Source: a virus (Duplodnaviria; Caudoviricetes). Taken from it: a stretch of 64,000 nucleotides of DNA. The DNA lies in the IMG/VR virus record IMGVR_UViG_3300037297_000386, one strand, 5' to 3'. Every line of letters starts with the position of its first letter. The first letter of the stretch is position 1. Both the position numbers and the translations under genes were made by a program. Of this stretch, positions 39,565-49,343 are shown one piece after another. The notes beneath the pieces were generated by a model. The model saw only the letters and a list, made by a program, of their open reading frames with translations, was not told the DNA's origin and made no database searches.

Positions 39565-39587
39565 GTCTTGTTTTTTGTTTACAAGAC
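39565..39587. terminator. Possible terminator hairpin
   Basis: GTCTTGT/ACAAGAC inverted repeat just downstream of the 39616 gene. Confidence 0.4.
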
Positions 39588-39615
39588 TAAAAAATAAATA
39601 ATTTGATGTGTTCTA

Positions 39616-39957
39616 TTATTTATTTTTTAACTTATCCACTTCTCTCTTTAAAAGTAATAATTCATATTCCAATTCATTAACACGATCACGTACTATTAAT
39701 TGTTCTCTAATCGCTATTGATGCCAAAGATAATATCCCTTCACCAATATTAATATTTTCTAACGCAACAGCCGATTTTACCAGTCTATCTACAACCTGTT
39801 TCTCTGTATTTTTAAGAGCCGGAGATTTATTTTTATCCAAAACTTTATTTGACACAAGTTCATGATATGATTTAAAAGCTCCAGCTAACTCTTGTTTTTT
39901 ACGTATAAGATTTTGCTGATCTTGTAATCCCATTTCCGGTATTTGATTTTGATTCAT
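39616..39957 (-). CDS. Hypothetical coiled-coil protein
   Basis: 113-aa ORF with SD GGAG. Confidence 0.5.
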   Translation of the reverse strand: MNQNQIPEMGLQDQQNLIRKKQELAGAFKSYHELVSNKVLDKNKSPALKNTEKQVVDRLVKSAVALENINIGEGILSLASIAIREQLIVRDRVNELEYELLLLKREVDKLKNK

Positions 39958-39981
39958 TGTATTTTCTCCATCTTCAATATT

Positions 39982-40293
39982 TTACTTTAATTTTAACGAT
40001 AACAATAATCCACATCTACTATGTATATTATAAAAATAATTAATACGTTCATACATATCATCAGTTATATATTCGAATTCGTATAATTTATAAATAGCAT
40101 TTTTTATAATATTAATTTTATTACATGGGCCCTCGAATAATTTACATACAGCATCTAAATATTGTATCAAATCAAAATAATGTTCTGTCCCTTTAATCTT
40201 TTCCAAATCTAAAATAATATTTTTAACGCCATTACAAAAAGTGAAACCTGATTGACTGTGTGCTTCACAGGAAATTTCAATCATTGCTTTCAT
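39982..40293 (-). CDS. Hypothetical protein
   Basis: 103-aa ORF. Confidence 0.45.
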   Translation of the reverse strand: MKAMIEISCEAHSQSGFTFCNGVKNIILDLEKIKGTEHYFDLIQYLDAVCKLFEGPCNKINIIKNAIYKLYEFEYITDDMYERINYFYNIHSRCGLLLSLKLK

Positions 40294-40324
40294 ATATCGT
40301 CATCTCATTAAAATATTAAATTTT

Positions 40325-41011
40325 TCATACTTTTGAATAATTAGGCAACTCATCATTTAATACGACCAACTCAACGCCAGCTTTTTTAAACCATTCACGC
40401 GTCAATCTCGCTCCATGATATCTATATTCAGATACAACACGTTTAATACCAGCATTAATAATATCAACACAACAACGGAGACATGGTTCCATCTTACAAT
40501 ATAATGTCCCACCATTAATTGCAATGCCATGTTTCGCAGCATATACAATAGCATTACCTTCGGCATGTGCAGTACGCATACAGTGTTGCCTAATTGGATG
40601 ATAATTTAAGTCTTGACTATCTAAAAGAGATAGTATTGGATTTCCATTAAAATTATTTTTATCTATAATTTCATCAATATAAACAACCTCTCTAATAAGA
40701 TGTCCGGAGTCATCACAGTGGTCTAATTTGCTCGCTGCTCCAACATAACCGGTACTTACAACTTGGCCATCTACCACAATAGCGGCTCCAGATTTCCCAC
40801 GATCGCATGTCGCCATTTTTGCAGCTTGACGGGCAAACCCCATAAAATATTCATCACGACTAGGGCGAACAGTTGGATTTTCATATTCAGCAAAGTCTAT
40901 TAATGGCGTGAAATTTTCTATAATATTATTATAAATATCTTCTGGTACGTAAGTTATAAGAGATGATAACACATGTTTCGCTTTTTTAATTTGTTTATGG
41001 GTTAAGTACAT
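40325..41011 (-). CDS. dCMP deaminase
   Basis: DEYFMGFA, ATCDRGKSGA, STGYVG, HAEGNAI, EPCLRC. Confidence 0.92.
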   Translation of the reverse strand: MYLTHKQIKKAKHVLSSLITYVPEDIYNNIIENFTPLIDFAEYENPTVRPSRDEYFMGFARQAAKMATCDRGKSGAAIVVDGQVVSTGYVGAASKLDHCDDSGHLIREVVYIDEIIDKNNFNGNPILSLLDSQDLNYHPIRQHCMRTAHAEGNAIVYAAKHGIAINGGTLYCKMEPCLRCCVDIINAGIKRVVSEYRYHGARLTREWFKKAGVELVVLNDELPNYSKV

Positions 41012-41028
41012 ATATCCGACTCCATATT

Positions 41029-41568
41029 CTAATAAAATATATCTTGATTATCTATCAAAAAATTATCTATATATTTGTGCTCAATATTAATATTATCAAA
41101 TGTTATATTACATTCGTCGAAAAAATAGTGTAACAATTCATGAGCAAAATTGGATCGCCAATAATATTTTTTTAAATTTATTGGAATAATATATAAATTG
41201 TTAGTTATAGAAAAATATCTTCCGAAAACGATCTTAGATTCACCTGGTTTGTTGTCTGAATAAACATCTTCATTTGGAAAAATATTTTTATTATTTAATA
41301 TATGAGGATTCTCAACAACAATTATATTGACTATATTTAGTCTGCATCTTTTTTTATCTATATTAAAATATGAAAAAAATCTTTTTTCTGTATCCTCAAA
41401 CGTATTAACTACTATTGTTATTTGAAAATTAGTTAAATATTTGGTCGATTTAATATGTGCTGTATCAGTGACAAACACAGTGTTCCAATTTGATTTTGGA
41501 ATATAGGCATCTCTGGCATAACATATATTTGATATAGAGATAATTAAAAGTATTAAATATAATTTCAT
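41029..41568 (-). CDS. Signal-peptide-bearing protein with an HExxH motif (possible zinc metallopeptidase)
   Basis: MKLYLILLIISISNICYA signal-like N-terminus; FAHELLHYF. Confidence 0.5.
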   Translation of the reverse strand: MKLYLILLIISISNICYARDAYIPKSNWNTVFVTDTAHIKSTKYLTNFQITIVVNTFEDTEKRFFSYFNIDKKRCRLNIVNIIVVENPHILNNKNIFPNEDVYSDNKPGESKIVFGRYFSITNNLYIIPINLKKYYWRSNFAHELLHYFFDECNITFDNINIEHKYIDNFLIDNQDIFY

Positions 41569-41574
41569 TATATC

Positions 41575-42171
41575 TTAAATTTCCTTCAATATATTTTTTA
41601 GTATTTTAATATCATTCTTAAACTCTTCTCTTTTATCCTTCGAAGCATATGCCGAGACGTAAGCCGGGTGATACAATGGGAACACATCAACATTGTATTC
41701 TTTTGAATATCTTAATCGTCCATGTTCTTTGGTAATCTTAAAATTTCCTAAAAACACTTGGGCCGCAAATCTTCCAAAAGTAATAACCAAATCTGGTTGT
41801 ACTAATTCTAATTGTTTTATAAGATTTGGTTTACATTTAAGCACTTCCCATGGCTCTGGATCTCTATTTTTTGGTGGCCTACAAATTGTTGTATTGGACG
41901 TGTACACTTCTTCTCTAGTTAAATCAAGCGTTTTAAGTACCTTTTCATATAACTTTCCAGAAGTCCCAGGAGGTGTTAATGGCCTTTGATATATCGTCTC
42001 TTGTAGACCAGGTGATTCAGCAACGAACATAATTTTAGCCGGTACAGCACCTTGTCCGATAACATGTGGGTCATATCCGTCTAATAGTTTCTCACACCCT
42101 AAATCGCATTTAGTACATTTTTTTGTTTGACTTGCCCACTTTTCCCACTTTAATAAAATTTCATTATTCAT
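41575..42171 (-). CDS. udg: Uracil-DNA glycosylase, family 4 (Fe-S)
   Basis: CTKCDLG, AESPG, NTTICRPPKNRDP, EVLKC, FGRFAA, YHPAY. Confidence 0.9.
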   Translation of the reverse strand: MNNEILLKWEKWASQTKKCTKCDLGCEKLLDGYDPHVIGQGAVPAKIMFVAESPGLQETIYQRPLTPPGTSGKLYEKVLKTLDLTREEVYTSNTTICRPPKNRDPEPWEVLKCKPNLIKQLELVQPDLVITFGRFAAQVFLGNFKITKEHGRLRYSKEYNVDVFPLYHPAYVSAYASKDKREEFKNDIKILKNILKEI

Positions 42172-42174
42172 ATA

Positions 42175-43023
42175 TTACTCCAATCCATACCTTTCAAATA
42201 TTGCTATATTATCATTTATACGCTGTACATATAATTTCGTCTCTTCTGGTATATCATTTTCTGTAAGATCTCCCGCTAAGAGTTCTCTGACTTTATGTGG
42301 CCCCCAGTTATATGCCATAAGAGCTTCATTATATGTATTAAATTTTAATTTTTGTTCAGACATATAAAAACATCCAGCTCTGACATTATGATAAATATTA
42401 TATGGATCGGCACGTTTATTCTCAAATTCTTTAAGTACAATATATTCCCATGTTTCTGGAATTAATTGCATCAGACCCATAGCATTAGCATGAGAATGTG
42501 CCTTTATTACAAAATTGCTCTCCTGCTTCATTTGTGCGAGAATTTTGGCGATAGATAAATTATATTGATAACTATAATCTATTATAGATATTGCAATATT
42601 ATTAAGATCTCTGATTGTAAAAAAAGTATCTGTATTTTCTATAATAGCATCACGCACTTTAACAATTAATTCTCTTCGCTTTTTCTCTGGTTTTATAGCA
42701 CTATCAACGACATCAATACGAGAACTCAATTCCATTTCTAATTTATTAATATTTTTAGTTAATTCCATATTTTTAACTTCAATAGTATTAGGAAACCGAA
42801 TATTATCAGTATTTCTATTTATATTGTATGTATTTATATGACTATCTAAATCGTTTTTTATTGAAGTACTAAATCCGTAAACTGAACCAATCATAGTATA
42901 TTGAGAAATATTAATAATTAACATTAATAGTAAAACAATTAATGTTGCTATATTAAATATATGATGTTTTGTATATGTTCTAATCCACTTATATATTTTT
43001 GATACCATAATAAAATAATTCAA
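42175..43023 (-). CDS. Membrane-anchored lytic transglycosylase (SLT domain)
   Basis: N-terminal hydrophobic helix; AQMKQESNF, AMGLMQLIPET, NVRAGCFY, ALMAYNWG, EETKLYV. Confidence 0.9.
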   Translation of the reverse strand: MNYFIMVSKIYKWIRTYTKHHIFNIATLIVLLLMLIINISQYTMIGSVYGFSTSIKNDLDSHINTYNINRNTDNIRFPNTIEVKNMELTKNINKLEMELSSRIDVVDSAIKPEKKRRELIVKVRDAIIENTDTFFTIRDLNNIAISIIDYSYQYNLSIAKILAQMKQESNFVIKAHSHANAMGLMQLIPETWEYIVLKEFENKRADPYNIYHNVRAGCFYMSEQKLKFNTYNEALMAYNWGPHKVRELLAGDLTENDIPEETKLYVQRINDNIAIFERYGLE

Positions 43024-43047
43024 CTTTCTTATATTTATAAATATTAT

Positions 43048-43635
43048 TTATTTTTTAAGCTTAGATTTTTTCTTAGATGGATTTTTTGTTGTTATCTTTC
43101 GAACTACTTTTCTAGTGGGCACCATTTTATCTGCAATACCGTACGCGACAGCTTCCTCGGCTGACATATATGACTCTTTTTTCATGTCTTTTAAAATCTT
43201 ATTTTTTGACGTTCCAGAATCATTTGATAATAATTCAACATATACTTCTTGCATTCTCATTGTTTCTAGGATCGCATTTTCCATTTCACTTACAGGGCCA
43301 AATGTTCCACCTGATACTTCGTGTATCATTACTCTGGTATTCTCTGTGATAAACCTATTATTTTTGTCGCCGGCTGCCAATAATAATACTCCAGCCGACA
43401 TAACTTTGCCAATACCAACTGTAACAATTGGGCAACAACAAACTTTCATTGCATCATACATACACAATGCACTATCCAAACTTCCGCCATATGTATTAAT
43501 ATATACACTTACTGCCCTTCCAGTATCAATACATTCCAGAGCAGTAAGTTGTTCTAAGAATTGAGCTGCTGTTTCATCTTTAATTATACCGGAAACTATA
43601 ATACGTCTTAATTGTTCGTTCATTTGACTAATCAT
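43048..43635 (-). CDS. clpP: Clp protease proteolytic subunit
   Basis: YINTYGGS, YDAM, GKVMSAGVLLLAAG (catalytic Ser), VMIHEVSGG, YMSAEEAVAYGIAD. Confidence 0.93.
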   Translation of the reverse strand: MISQMNEQLRRIIVSGIIKDETAAQFLEQLTALECIDTGRAVSVYINTYGGSLDSALCMYDAMKVCCCPIVTVGIGKVMSAGVLLLAAGDKNNRFITENTRVMIHEVSGGTFGPVSEMENAILETMRMQEVYVELLSNDSGTSKNKILKDMKKESYMSAEEAVAYGIADKMVPTRKVVRKITTKNPSKKKSKLKK

Positions 43636-43668
43636 TTCTAATCAAACTCCTTATATTAAACATGTTTT

Positions 43669-44268
43669 TTACTTATTATTTTCTGTGATTGTTTGTATTA
43701 ATGATTGAACTGTATCTATTAAAGTATTAAAACCACATACCATATCACTTTGAACTTTTCGAACATCTTGTATTGCAAGAATTATTTCATCAGTATTTTC
43801 TACATTATCTTCTGGATCAAGCCTTTCTCCATCCATTAAAAAGTCTGTGGGATTCCAAAAATTAGAATTAGAATCAAACCAAATATCATAATTAACATCA
43901 TTTATGGTATTAATATTAATTTCAGTCATAGATATATTGAATTCTTTCTCTTCAAAAATCCACCCTATTAAGGAGTCAGTCGTTTCAACTACACATATTA
44001 AATTTTTCCCTAAATATTTTACCCATTGAATCATTGTTTGAATATTAAAGTCATCTATATTACTATATTGTGATGTATAATAAAATCCTATAACATCATG
44101 ATATGTATCTTCACGATTACACACAGTTTCATAATTGAAATTAACCTCGGATGACAAATTTTGAGTACAATGATCGATACCAGTGACCAGTATATGGGGT
44201 ATACCATTTTTATACTTAGCCTCTGTACTAATTAATAATTTATATTTTTTAAAAAAAGAGTCCACCAA
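43669..44268 (-). CDS. Hypothetical protein, possibly a degenerate JAB/MPN fold
   Basis: VIGFYYTSQ resembles the JAB GxYHSHP strand but lacks the His ligands. Confidence 0.3.
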   Translation of the reverse strand: MVDSFFKKYKLLISTEAKYKNGIPHILVTGIDHCTQNLSSEVNFNYETVCNREDTYHDVIGFYYTSQYSNIDDFNIQTMIQWVKYLGKNLICVVETTDSLIGWIFEEKEFNISMTEININTINDVNYDIWFDSNSNFWNPTDFLMDGERLDPEDNVENTDEIILAIQDVRKVQSDMVCGFNTLIDTVQSLIQTITENNK

Positions 44269-44275
44269 AACACCT

Positions 44276-44815
44276 CTAATATGTAGTTCTCAATATTTGT
44301 ATAACATCCCATGCATCGTCAACTGCATCATGGGTTACGACTCCATCAATTCCCAAATTTTTCTTTATTTTACTTAAGGATATTGGCCCTTTATTCCAAT
44401 CAATAAACATACTACCAGGATCTATGTGCCGATAATGAAACATCGATTTAAGTTTATCTGGAAAAAATAGCAAATCAAAACTACCGACATTTTTACCTGT
44501 CGCAAATATATCATCATCAAAATCAAAATGCGTACGCAAAAATTGAATGGCCTTTGATACCCATTCATCTGATTCGTAAATTGGATATTTACTATCATCT
44601 TTTCTTGTTAACATATCAAATATCCAATTATTCATTGATAATGCAAACGGGGTTCCGCTATATATGGAACGATTCACTAAACATGCGAAAGTTGGTATTT
44701 CTTGGCGAGGCATTTTGTTTTTAGTATCTTCCACAAGCATGGCCACCATTAAGATATTATCCGGACATTTTGGTTCTACACAAGTTGTTTCAATATCTAT
44801 ACTAACATACTTCAT
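44276..44815 (-). CDS. 3'-5' exonuclease, DEDDh family
   Basis: YVSIDIETT, GKNVGSFDLLF, IDPGS, HDAVDDAWD. Confidence 0.85.
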   Translation of the reverse strand: MKYVSIDIETTCVEPKCPDNILMVAMLVEDTKNKMPRQEIPTFACLVNRSIYSGTPFALSMNNWIFDMLTRKDDSKYPIYESDEWVSKAIQFLRTHFDFDDDIFATGKNVGSFDLLFFPDKLKSMFHYRHIDPGSMFIDWNKGPISLSKIKKNLGIDGVVTHDAVDDAWDVIQILRTTY

Positions 44816-44826
44816 AATTTTCCTTT

Positions 44827-45139
44827 CTACTTAATTTTTTCAATTTGGGACAATTTGATTGTTAATGCATCTGATTTGCGAGCACGTAACTTTTTTAATA
44901 TATTTGCTTTTTTTAATATTTCGTTTTTAACTATTTTTATTAATCGATTAGAAAGTTCTATATCAGCATCTGCATGGGTTAAATATATATTTTGCAAATC
45001 AAACCTCTCACTTCTAACTAAACAGGATGATGAATCTTTTTTTGATTGTTATTTCATCAATAAATCCACTTCGTATGTCATCATTAGAAGTAATCCAATA
45101 AACAGTTTGTCCTATTTTAATATCACTTAATTCTACCAT
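44827..45139 (-). pseudogene. Frameshifted gene (SH3-like N-terminus plus coiled coil), paralogue-like to 47855-48653
   Basis: SD AAGGAG then MVELSDIKIGQTVYW...EITIKK; removing one A from the A7 run (45037-45043) continues as DSSSCLVRSERF...KLSQIEKIK to a stop at 44827. Span is 313 nt (3n+1). Confidence 0.65.
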
Positions 45140-45154
45140 AATAACTCCTTATAT

Positions 45155-46273
45155 CTAACTTCGCATATTATTTACTATATTAATAATTCTATTAGATGCA
45201 TAATTAATATCAGTCTCTGTTGTCCATCTTCCAAGACCAAATCTAATCGCACACTCTGGGTATGGCGTACCAAGAGCTTTAATGACATGTGACGGCTCAA
45301 TTTCACCAGATGTGCAGGCAGATCCACCAGAAATAATTACATCTTCTAATCCTTTTATTAAAATTTCAGCTTTTATACCTTTTATAGTAATATTTAAATT
45401 ATTTGGTAAGCGATTTTTCATAGTTCCATTAATTATTATATCTGGGATGTTCTTCTTAAGATTTTTTAATAATAAATCTCGTAATCTTCTGACTTTTTTA
45501 TTTTCTTCTTCTGATTCATGTTGTAAAATTTCACAGGCTTTTCCAATGCCGACTATAGCCGGAACATTTTGAGTTCCAGAGGTTATTATATTTTGATAGC
45601 CACCATGTATAATAGGCTCTATAAGTAAATTATTTTGTACATATAATACTGCAACTCCTTTGGGGCCATAAATTTTATGTCCGCTCATTGTTAAAGCAAA
45701 TATGTTCATCTCTTTTACATCTATATTTACCTTGCCAATCGCCTGTGTAGCGTCTGTATGAAATAATGCTTCGTATTTCTTACATAAAGAACCTATTTTT
45801 TTAATCGGATGTATAGTACCTATTTCATTATTAGCAAAAATTGTTGAAACCAAAATATTTTTACTTTTTATATTCCTTAATATCTTTTCAAGTTCTTCAA
45901 TATTTATATTACCATCTTTGTTTATTTTTAATACTGGCTCTAAAATAATATTGGAACTTCTTTTCTTAAGACAATTTATAATAGATGAATGCTCGACATT
46001 TGTAGTTATAACATGTTTGTATTCATTCGGCCACAATCCTTGAAGAATAATATTATTTGCTTCCGTGGCTGACGCAGTAAAATTAATATTATCCGACTTA
46101 GCGTTAATTATAAAAGCAACCTGTTCTTTTGCTTTTTCTATTGCGTCTTTGGCCTTTTCGGCAAAAAAATGGGCAGACGCTGGATTGGCAAAATAAGTAC
46201 TAAAAAATGGTAGCATTTCTTCTATTACACGTGGATCGCAAGGAGTGGTAGAATGACAGTCTAAATAAATCAT
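45155..46273 (-). CDS. iscS: Cysteine desulfurase
   Basis: IYLDCHSTTP, NPAS, HTDATQAIGK, PLP lysine SGHKIYGPKG, catalytic SGGSACTSG, SHV. Confidence 0.96.
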   Translation of the reverse strand: MIYLDCHSTTPCDPRVIEEMLPFFSTYFANPASAHFFAEKAKDAIEKAKEQVAFIINAKSDNINFTASATEANNIILQGLWPNEYKHVITTNVEHSSIINCLKKRSSNIILEPVLKINKDGNINIEELEKILRNIKSKNILVSTIFANNEIGTIHPIKKIGSLCKKYEALFHTDATQAIGKVNIDVKEMNIFALTMSGHKIYGPKGVAVLYVQNNLLIEPIIHGGYQNIITSGTQNVPAIVGIGKACEILQHESEEENKKVRRLRDLLLKNLKKNIPDIIINGTMKNRLPNNLNITIKGIKAEILIKGLEDVIISGGSACTSGEIEPSHVIKALGTPYPECAIRFGLGRWTTETDINYASNRIINIVNNMRS

Positions 46274-46300
46274 ATTGTCCCAATTTTTTCTAACATTCTA

Positions 46301-46822
46301 TTATTCATTGAACGTTCTATAAACAAATATATTTTCATAAATATTTTTTATCTTATATATAAAGTCCTCTTTGGACATAGTACCCTTCATCATATTACAA
46401 GTATTACAACATGGGACTATATTATCTTTAACATAAGCTCTATCCGAATTAATTCTATCAATTCCGCAATAATCTCCTATTCCAGAATATAATCCACAAT
46501 AGATACAAACTTTACTAGTTATTTCTTTAAATTCTTCTTGTGTAAGGTTAAACTCTATATTTCTATTTTTAGCACCTCGCTTATATTGTCCAAATCTTTT
46601 ATAACATTTGGTACTTCTGTTCTTATTTCTTATTTTTTCACATAATAAACAACTAGAATGATGCCCATCTTTCCTACTCCTATTTTTACCAAATTTTTGG
46701 ATCGACTTTCTTTTTTTACACACAGAACAAACTTTTGTCATATTAAACCTTATAAATAAAGTTATTTTCCACATTTTTTTAATATTAGGACATTCTATTT
46801 TTGTGCGACACCTTTTGGTCAA
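46301..46822 (-). CDS. HNH-family endonuclease with N-terminal zinc finger
   Basis: CSVC...KDG...CLLC; CIYCG...GIDRINS...YVKDNIVPCCNTCNMMKG. True start is probably the internal MTKVC. Confidence 0.8.
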   Translation of the reverse strand: MTKRCRTKIECPNIKKMWKITLFIRFNMTKVCSVCKKRKSIQKFGKNRSRKDGHHSSCLLCEKIRNKNRSTKCYKRFGQYKRGAKNRNIEFNLTQEEFKEITSKVCIYCGLYSGIGDYCGIDRINSDRAYVKDNIVPCCNTCNMMKGTMSKEDFIYKIKNIYENIFVYRTFNE

Positions 46823-46993
46823 CTATATCCGTAATGTTACTTTATTTCTATTTCATAAATATACCAATTATATTAAAAAAAACAATATTATGTAATTTTA
46901 TAGATAATATCGATACAATTATGATATAAAACTACAAATCCATGGGCAAACCAGGCGAAATATAAAGCACCAACCCATTTGTTCAATTGGATT

Positions 46994-47479
46994 TTAACTT
47001 TCAATCGCCTTTCTCATTTCTTCATAATCAGAAAATCGAGTGCGAATCTCATCTTCTACATCTTCTCGACATACTCCTTTATCGAATAGGAGAAATTTTA
47101 ACAGTTGTTTGTCAGTGATATTTACTAACAAACAACATGGACATTGTGAGGCAGGCATATTATATCGATTATCGCCTTCTATATCATTTTCATATAAATC
47201 ATCTAAGTCATCTTCATCATCTATTTTATTTATTATATTTTTAATACTTTCATAGTCAACAATTTCTAAACAATAAGCTTTTTTTTCGTTAAAAGACATA
47301 TCATTATATTTAACACCCATTTCTTTAATATGCTCATCACAAACCGTATGCCCATTAACACATTCATGCATTCCTGCTTCTGTCAGGCCCATATCCCATC
47401 CAGAACATTCTTCACCACATATATCACATACAAACGAACTGGAACTCGAATTACTTACAAATCCTTTTCTTATTTTCAT
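46994..47479 (-). CDS. MKIRxxFVSNSSSSSF-family protein with Cys/His motifs
   Basis: MKIRKGFVSNSSSSSFVCDICG...ECVNGHTVCDEH...CPCC. Confidence 0.6.
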   Translation of the reverse strand: MKIRKGFVSNSSSSSFVCDICGEECSGWDMGLTEAGMHECVNGHTVCDEHIKEMGVKYNDMSFNEKKAYCLEIVDYESIKNIINKIDDEDDLDDLYENDIEGDNRYNMPASQCPCCLLVNITDKQLLKFLLFDKGVCREDVEDEIRTRFSDYEEMRKAIES

Positions 47480-47871
47480 TAATATCCTCCTTCCGAATAA
47501 ATAATCTCTACATTATTTCCAACTATGCCTTTAAGACCGTTATTACATAACATTGCTCCTATTGCATCGCCTGTACCATCGGAATAACCTATAAGAACTT
47601 TTTTGCCATTTTCTAAGGCTTTTTTAGATTTTTTGTATTGTTCATGTACCCATGAATCATCTTCGTCTTTAAGCCATTCTTCAATTGTATTGTAGCCACA
47701 GATCCATTCTTTAAAATAATAATTATCAAGATCATCTATTGAGTTAATTATATGTGCATAATTTGCTAAATCAATTTCCATGGATAATGTAATCTTTGTA
47801 GTAATATTATCTACTGCAACTATAAAACTACTGCTAGAACTATTACTTACAAAATTATTTCTTATTTTCAT
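47479..47871 (-). CDS. MKIRxxFVSNSSSSSF-family protein
   Basis: MKIRNNFVSNSSSSSFIVA; shares only the N-terminus with its neighbour. Confidence 0.6.
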   Translation of the reverse strand: MKIRNNFVSNSSSSSFIVAVDNITTKITLSMEIDLANYAHIINSIDDLDNYYFKEWICGYNTIEEWLKDEDDSWVHEQYKKSKKALENGKKVLIGYSDGTGDAIGAMLCNNGLKGIVGNNVEIIYSEGGY

Positions 47872-48250
47872 ATTTTTTCTCTTTTAATAATTTTAATTCT
47901 TTCTTTAATTCTCGTAATTTTTCAGTATTTTTCTTTAAAGCATTTTCGGCCATTTTGAAAGCACGGGATGCCTTAGTCTTTCTATCATTACGAGCTTTTA
48001 TGAAAGTTGCATTTTTATTAGAATAAACATCTTTTTGTCCTATTTCTATCATACGATTATCACCTAATTGTATCGTGTAGTTAACAGCTGTAGTTGTTCG
48101 TTGGGTGCCTTTTTGTAATTTTGTATTATATACAATTTGTGAACTTATAATAGTACCACAAGTGAATTTATTATTCGACCAGTAATCAGCACAATACTTA
48201 ACATGAACTTTTTGTCCTATTTTAAATTTTGGAGTTATCTTTTTACTCAT
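47855..48250 (-). CDS. SH3-like plus coiled-coil hypothetical protein
   Basis: PKFKIGQKVHV; basic C-terminal coiled coil. Confidence 0.5.
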   Translation of the reverse strand: MSKKITPKFKIGQKVHVKYCADYWSNNKFTCGTIISSQIVYNTKLQKGTQRTTTAVNYTIQLGDNRMIEIGQKDVYSNKNATFIKARNDRKTKASRAFKMAENALKKNTEKLRELKKELKLLKEKKYENKK

Positions 48251-48251
48251 T

Positions 48252-48653
48252 TTACACTCCTGACAACCTTTCTATTAATTCTTCTTTTCTAATTTCATCT
48301 AATTTATTTTTAGCTTCCTTCATAGATTTTCTATTATTTTGAATAGCTTTATTAATTCTTTTTATATCATTTTTTAATTTGATTATTTTATGCTCAGTAA
48401 ATATTCGATCTTCATCTTTTTCAGATCCCAAAATTTTATCTTCAGTAAAATCAGTCACCATACGATAGATATAACTAGTTCCATGGGTCGCAGTTGCCCA
48501 ATAATGTATTTCAGTCGTTGGTTTTTTATTTTTTGCCAAAGTAGTTCTTATAGTTATTTTATTAATATGTGTATTTTTTATTTTATTATTATGTTTATAA
48601 TATATTTTTTCTCCAATAGAATATTTTAAATCAACATTGTTATTAATTTTCAT
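48252..48653 (-). CDS. SH3-like plus coiled-coil hypothetical protein
   Basis: LKYSIGEKIYY; C-terminal coiled coil. Confidence 0.5.
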   Translation of the reverse strand: MKINNNVDLKYSIGEKIYYKHNNKIKNTHINKITIRTTLAKNKKPTTEIHYWATATHGTSYIYRMVTDFTEDKILGSEKDEDRIFTEHKIIKLKNDIKRINKAIQNNRKSMKEAKNKLDEIRKEELIERLSGV

Positions 48654-49243
48654 TTATCTTCTCCTACAATAAATCTTGAAAATCTTCTAATAACTATATT
48701 TTCACCAACTTTGTTTATTAAATTACTAAATAAATCAGTAATGTTTAAATTATCGTCTTTAATATATTTTTGTTCCATCAAACAAACTTCTTTAAAAAAT
48801 TTATTTAATTTTCCAACCATTATCTTATCAACAATATGTTGAGGTTTATTTAATATTGTAAATTTTATAATTTCTTTCTCTTGTTCAATTATATCCTGTG
48901 GAATTTGTTCTCTAGATATCCATCTTGGGTTGGTTGCTGCAATATGCATAGCAACTTCTTTGGCAAATTTTTGAAATTCATCGCTTTTGGCCACAAAATC
49001 AGTTTCACAGTTAATTTCTACAATAACTCCAATCTTATTACCAGCATGTATATAATACCCTATTGTTCCCTCAGAAGTCGTTCGGCTAGATCTATTAATA
49101 ATATCAGATAATCCTTTTTTTCGTAAATATATAATAGCTTTTTCAATATTATTATTACTATTTATAAGTGCTTCTTTACAATCCATTACCCCAGCCCCTG
49201 TTTTTTCTCTAAGATTACGAATTTCGTGTATACTTACAGACAT
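48650..49243 (-). CDS. tsf: Elongation factor Ts, short form
   Basis: LREKTGAGVMDCKEAL, YLRKKG, EGTIGYYIH, VEINCETDFVAK, AMHIAA, ENIVIRRFSRF; 197 aa. Confidence 0.97.
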   Translation of the reverse strand: MSVSIHEIRNLREKTGAGVMDCKEALINSNNNIEKAIIYLRKKGLSDIINRSSRTTSEGTIGYYIHAGNKIGVIVEINCETDFVAKSDEFQKFAKEVAMHIAATNPRWISREQIPQDIIEQEKEIIKFTILNKPQHIVDKIMVGKLNKFFKEVCLMEQKYIKDDNLNITDLFSNLINKVGENIVIRRFSRFIVGEDK

Positions 49244-49282
49244 AAATACCCCTTTCTATTAATTTTTAAAATATCTATTATT

Positions 49283-49313
49283 AAAAAAGCCAGTAAAAAA
49301 CCGGCTTTTTTTT
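49283..49313. terminator. Bidirectional Rho-independent terminator
   Basis: AAAAAAGCC-loop-GGCTTTTTTTT, with A/T tracts on both sides. Confidence 0.75.
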
Positions 49314-49343
49314 GCTTAACACAGGTTTATTATATTAAATTAT

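Noticed and set aside
45155-46273. DNA phosphorothioation (dnd/ssp) operon
   Set aside because: No DndC/D/E or Ssp-like genes are adjacent; only the desulfurase is present.
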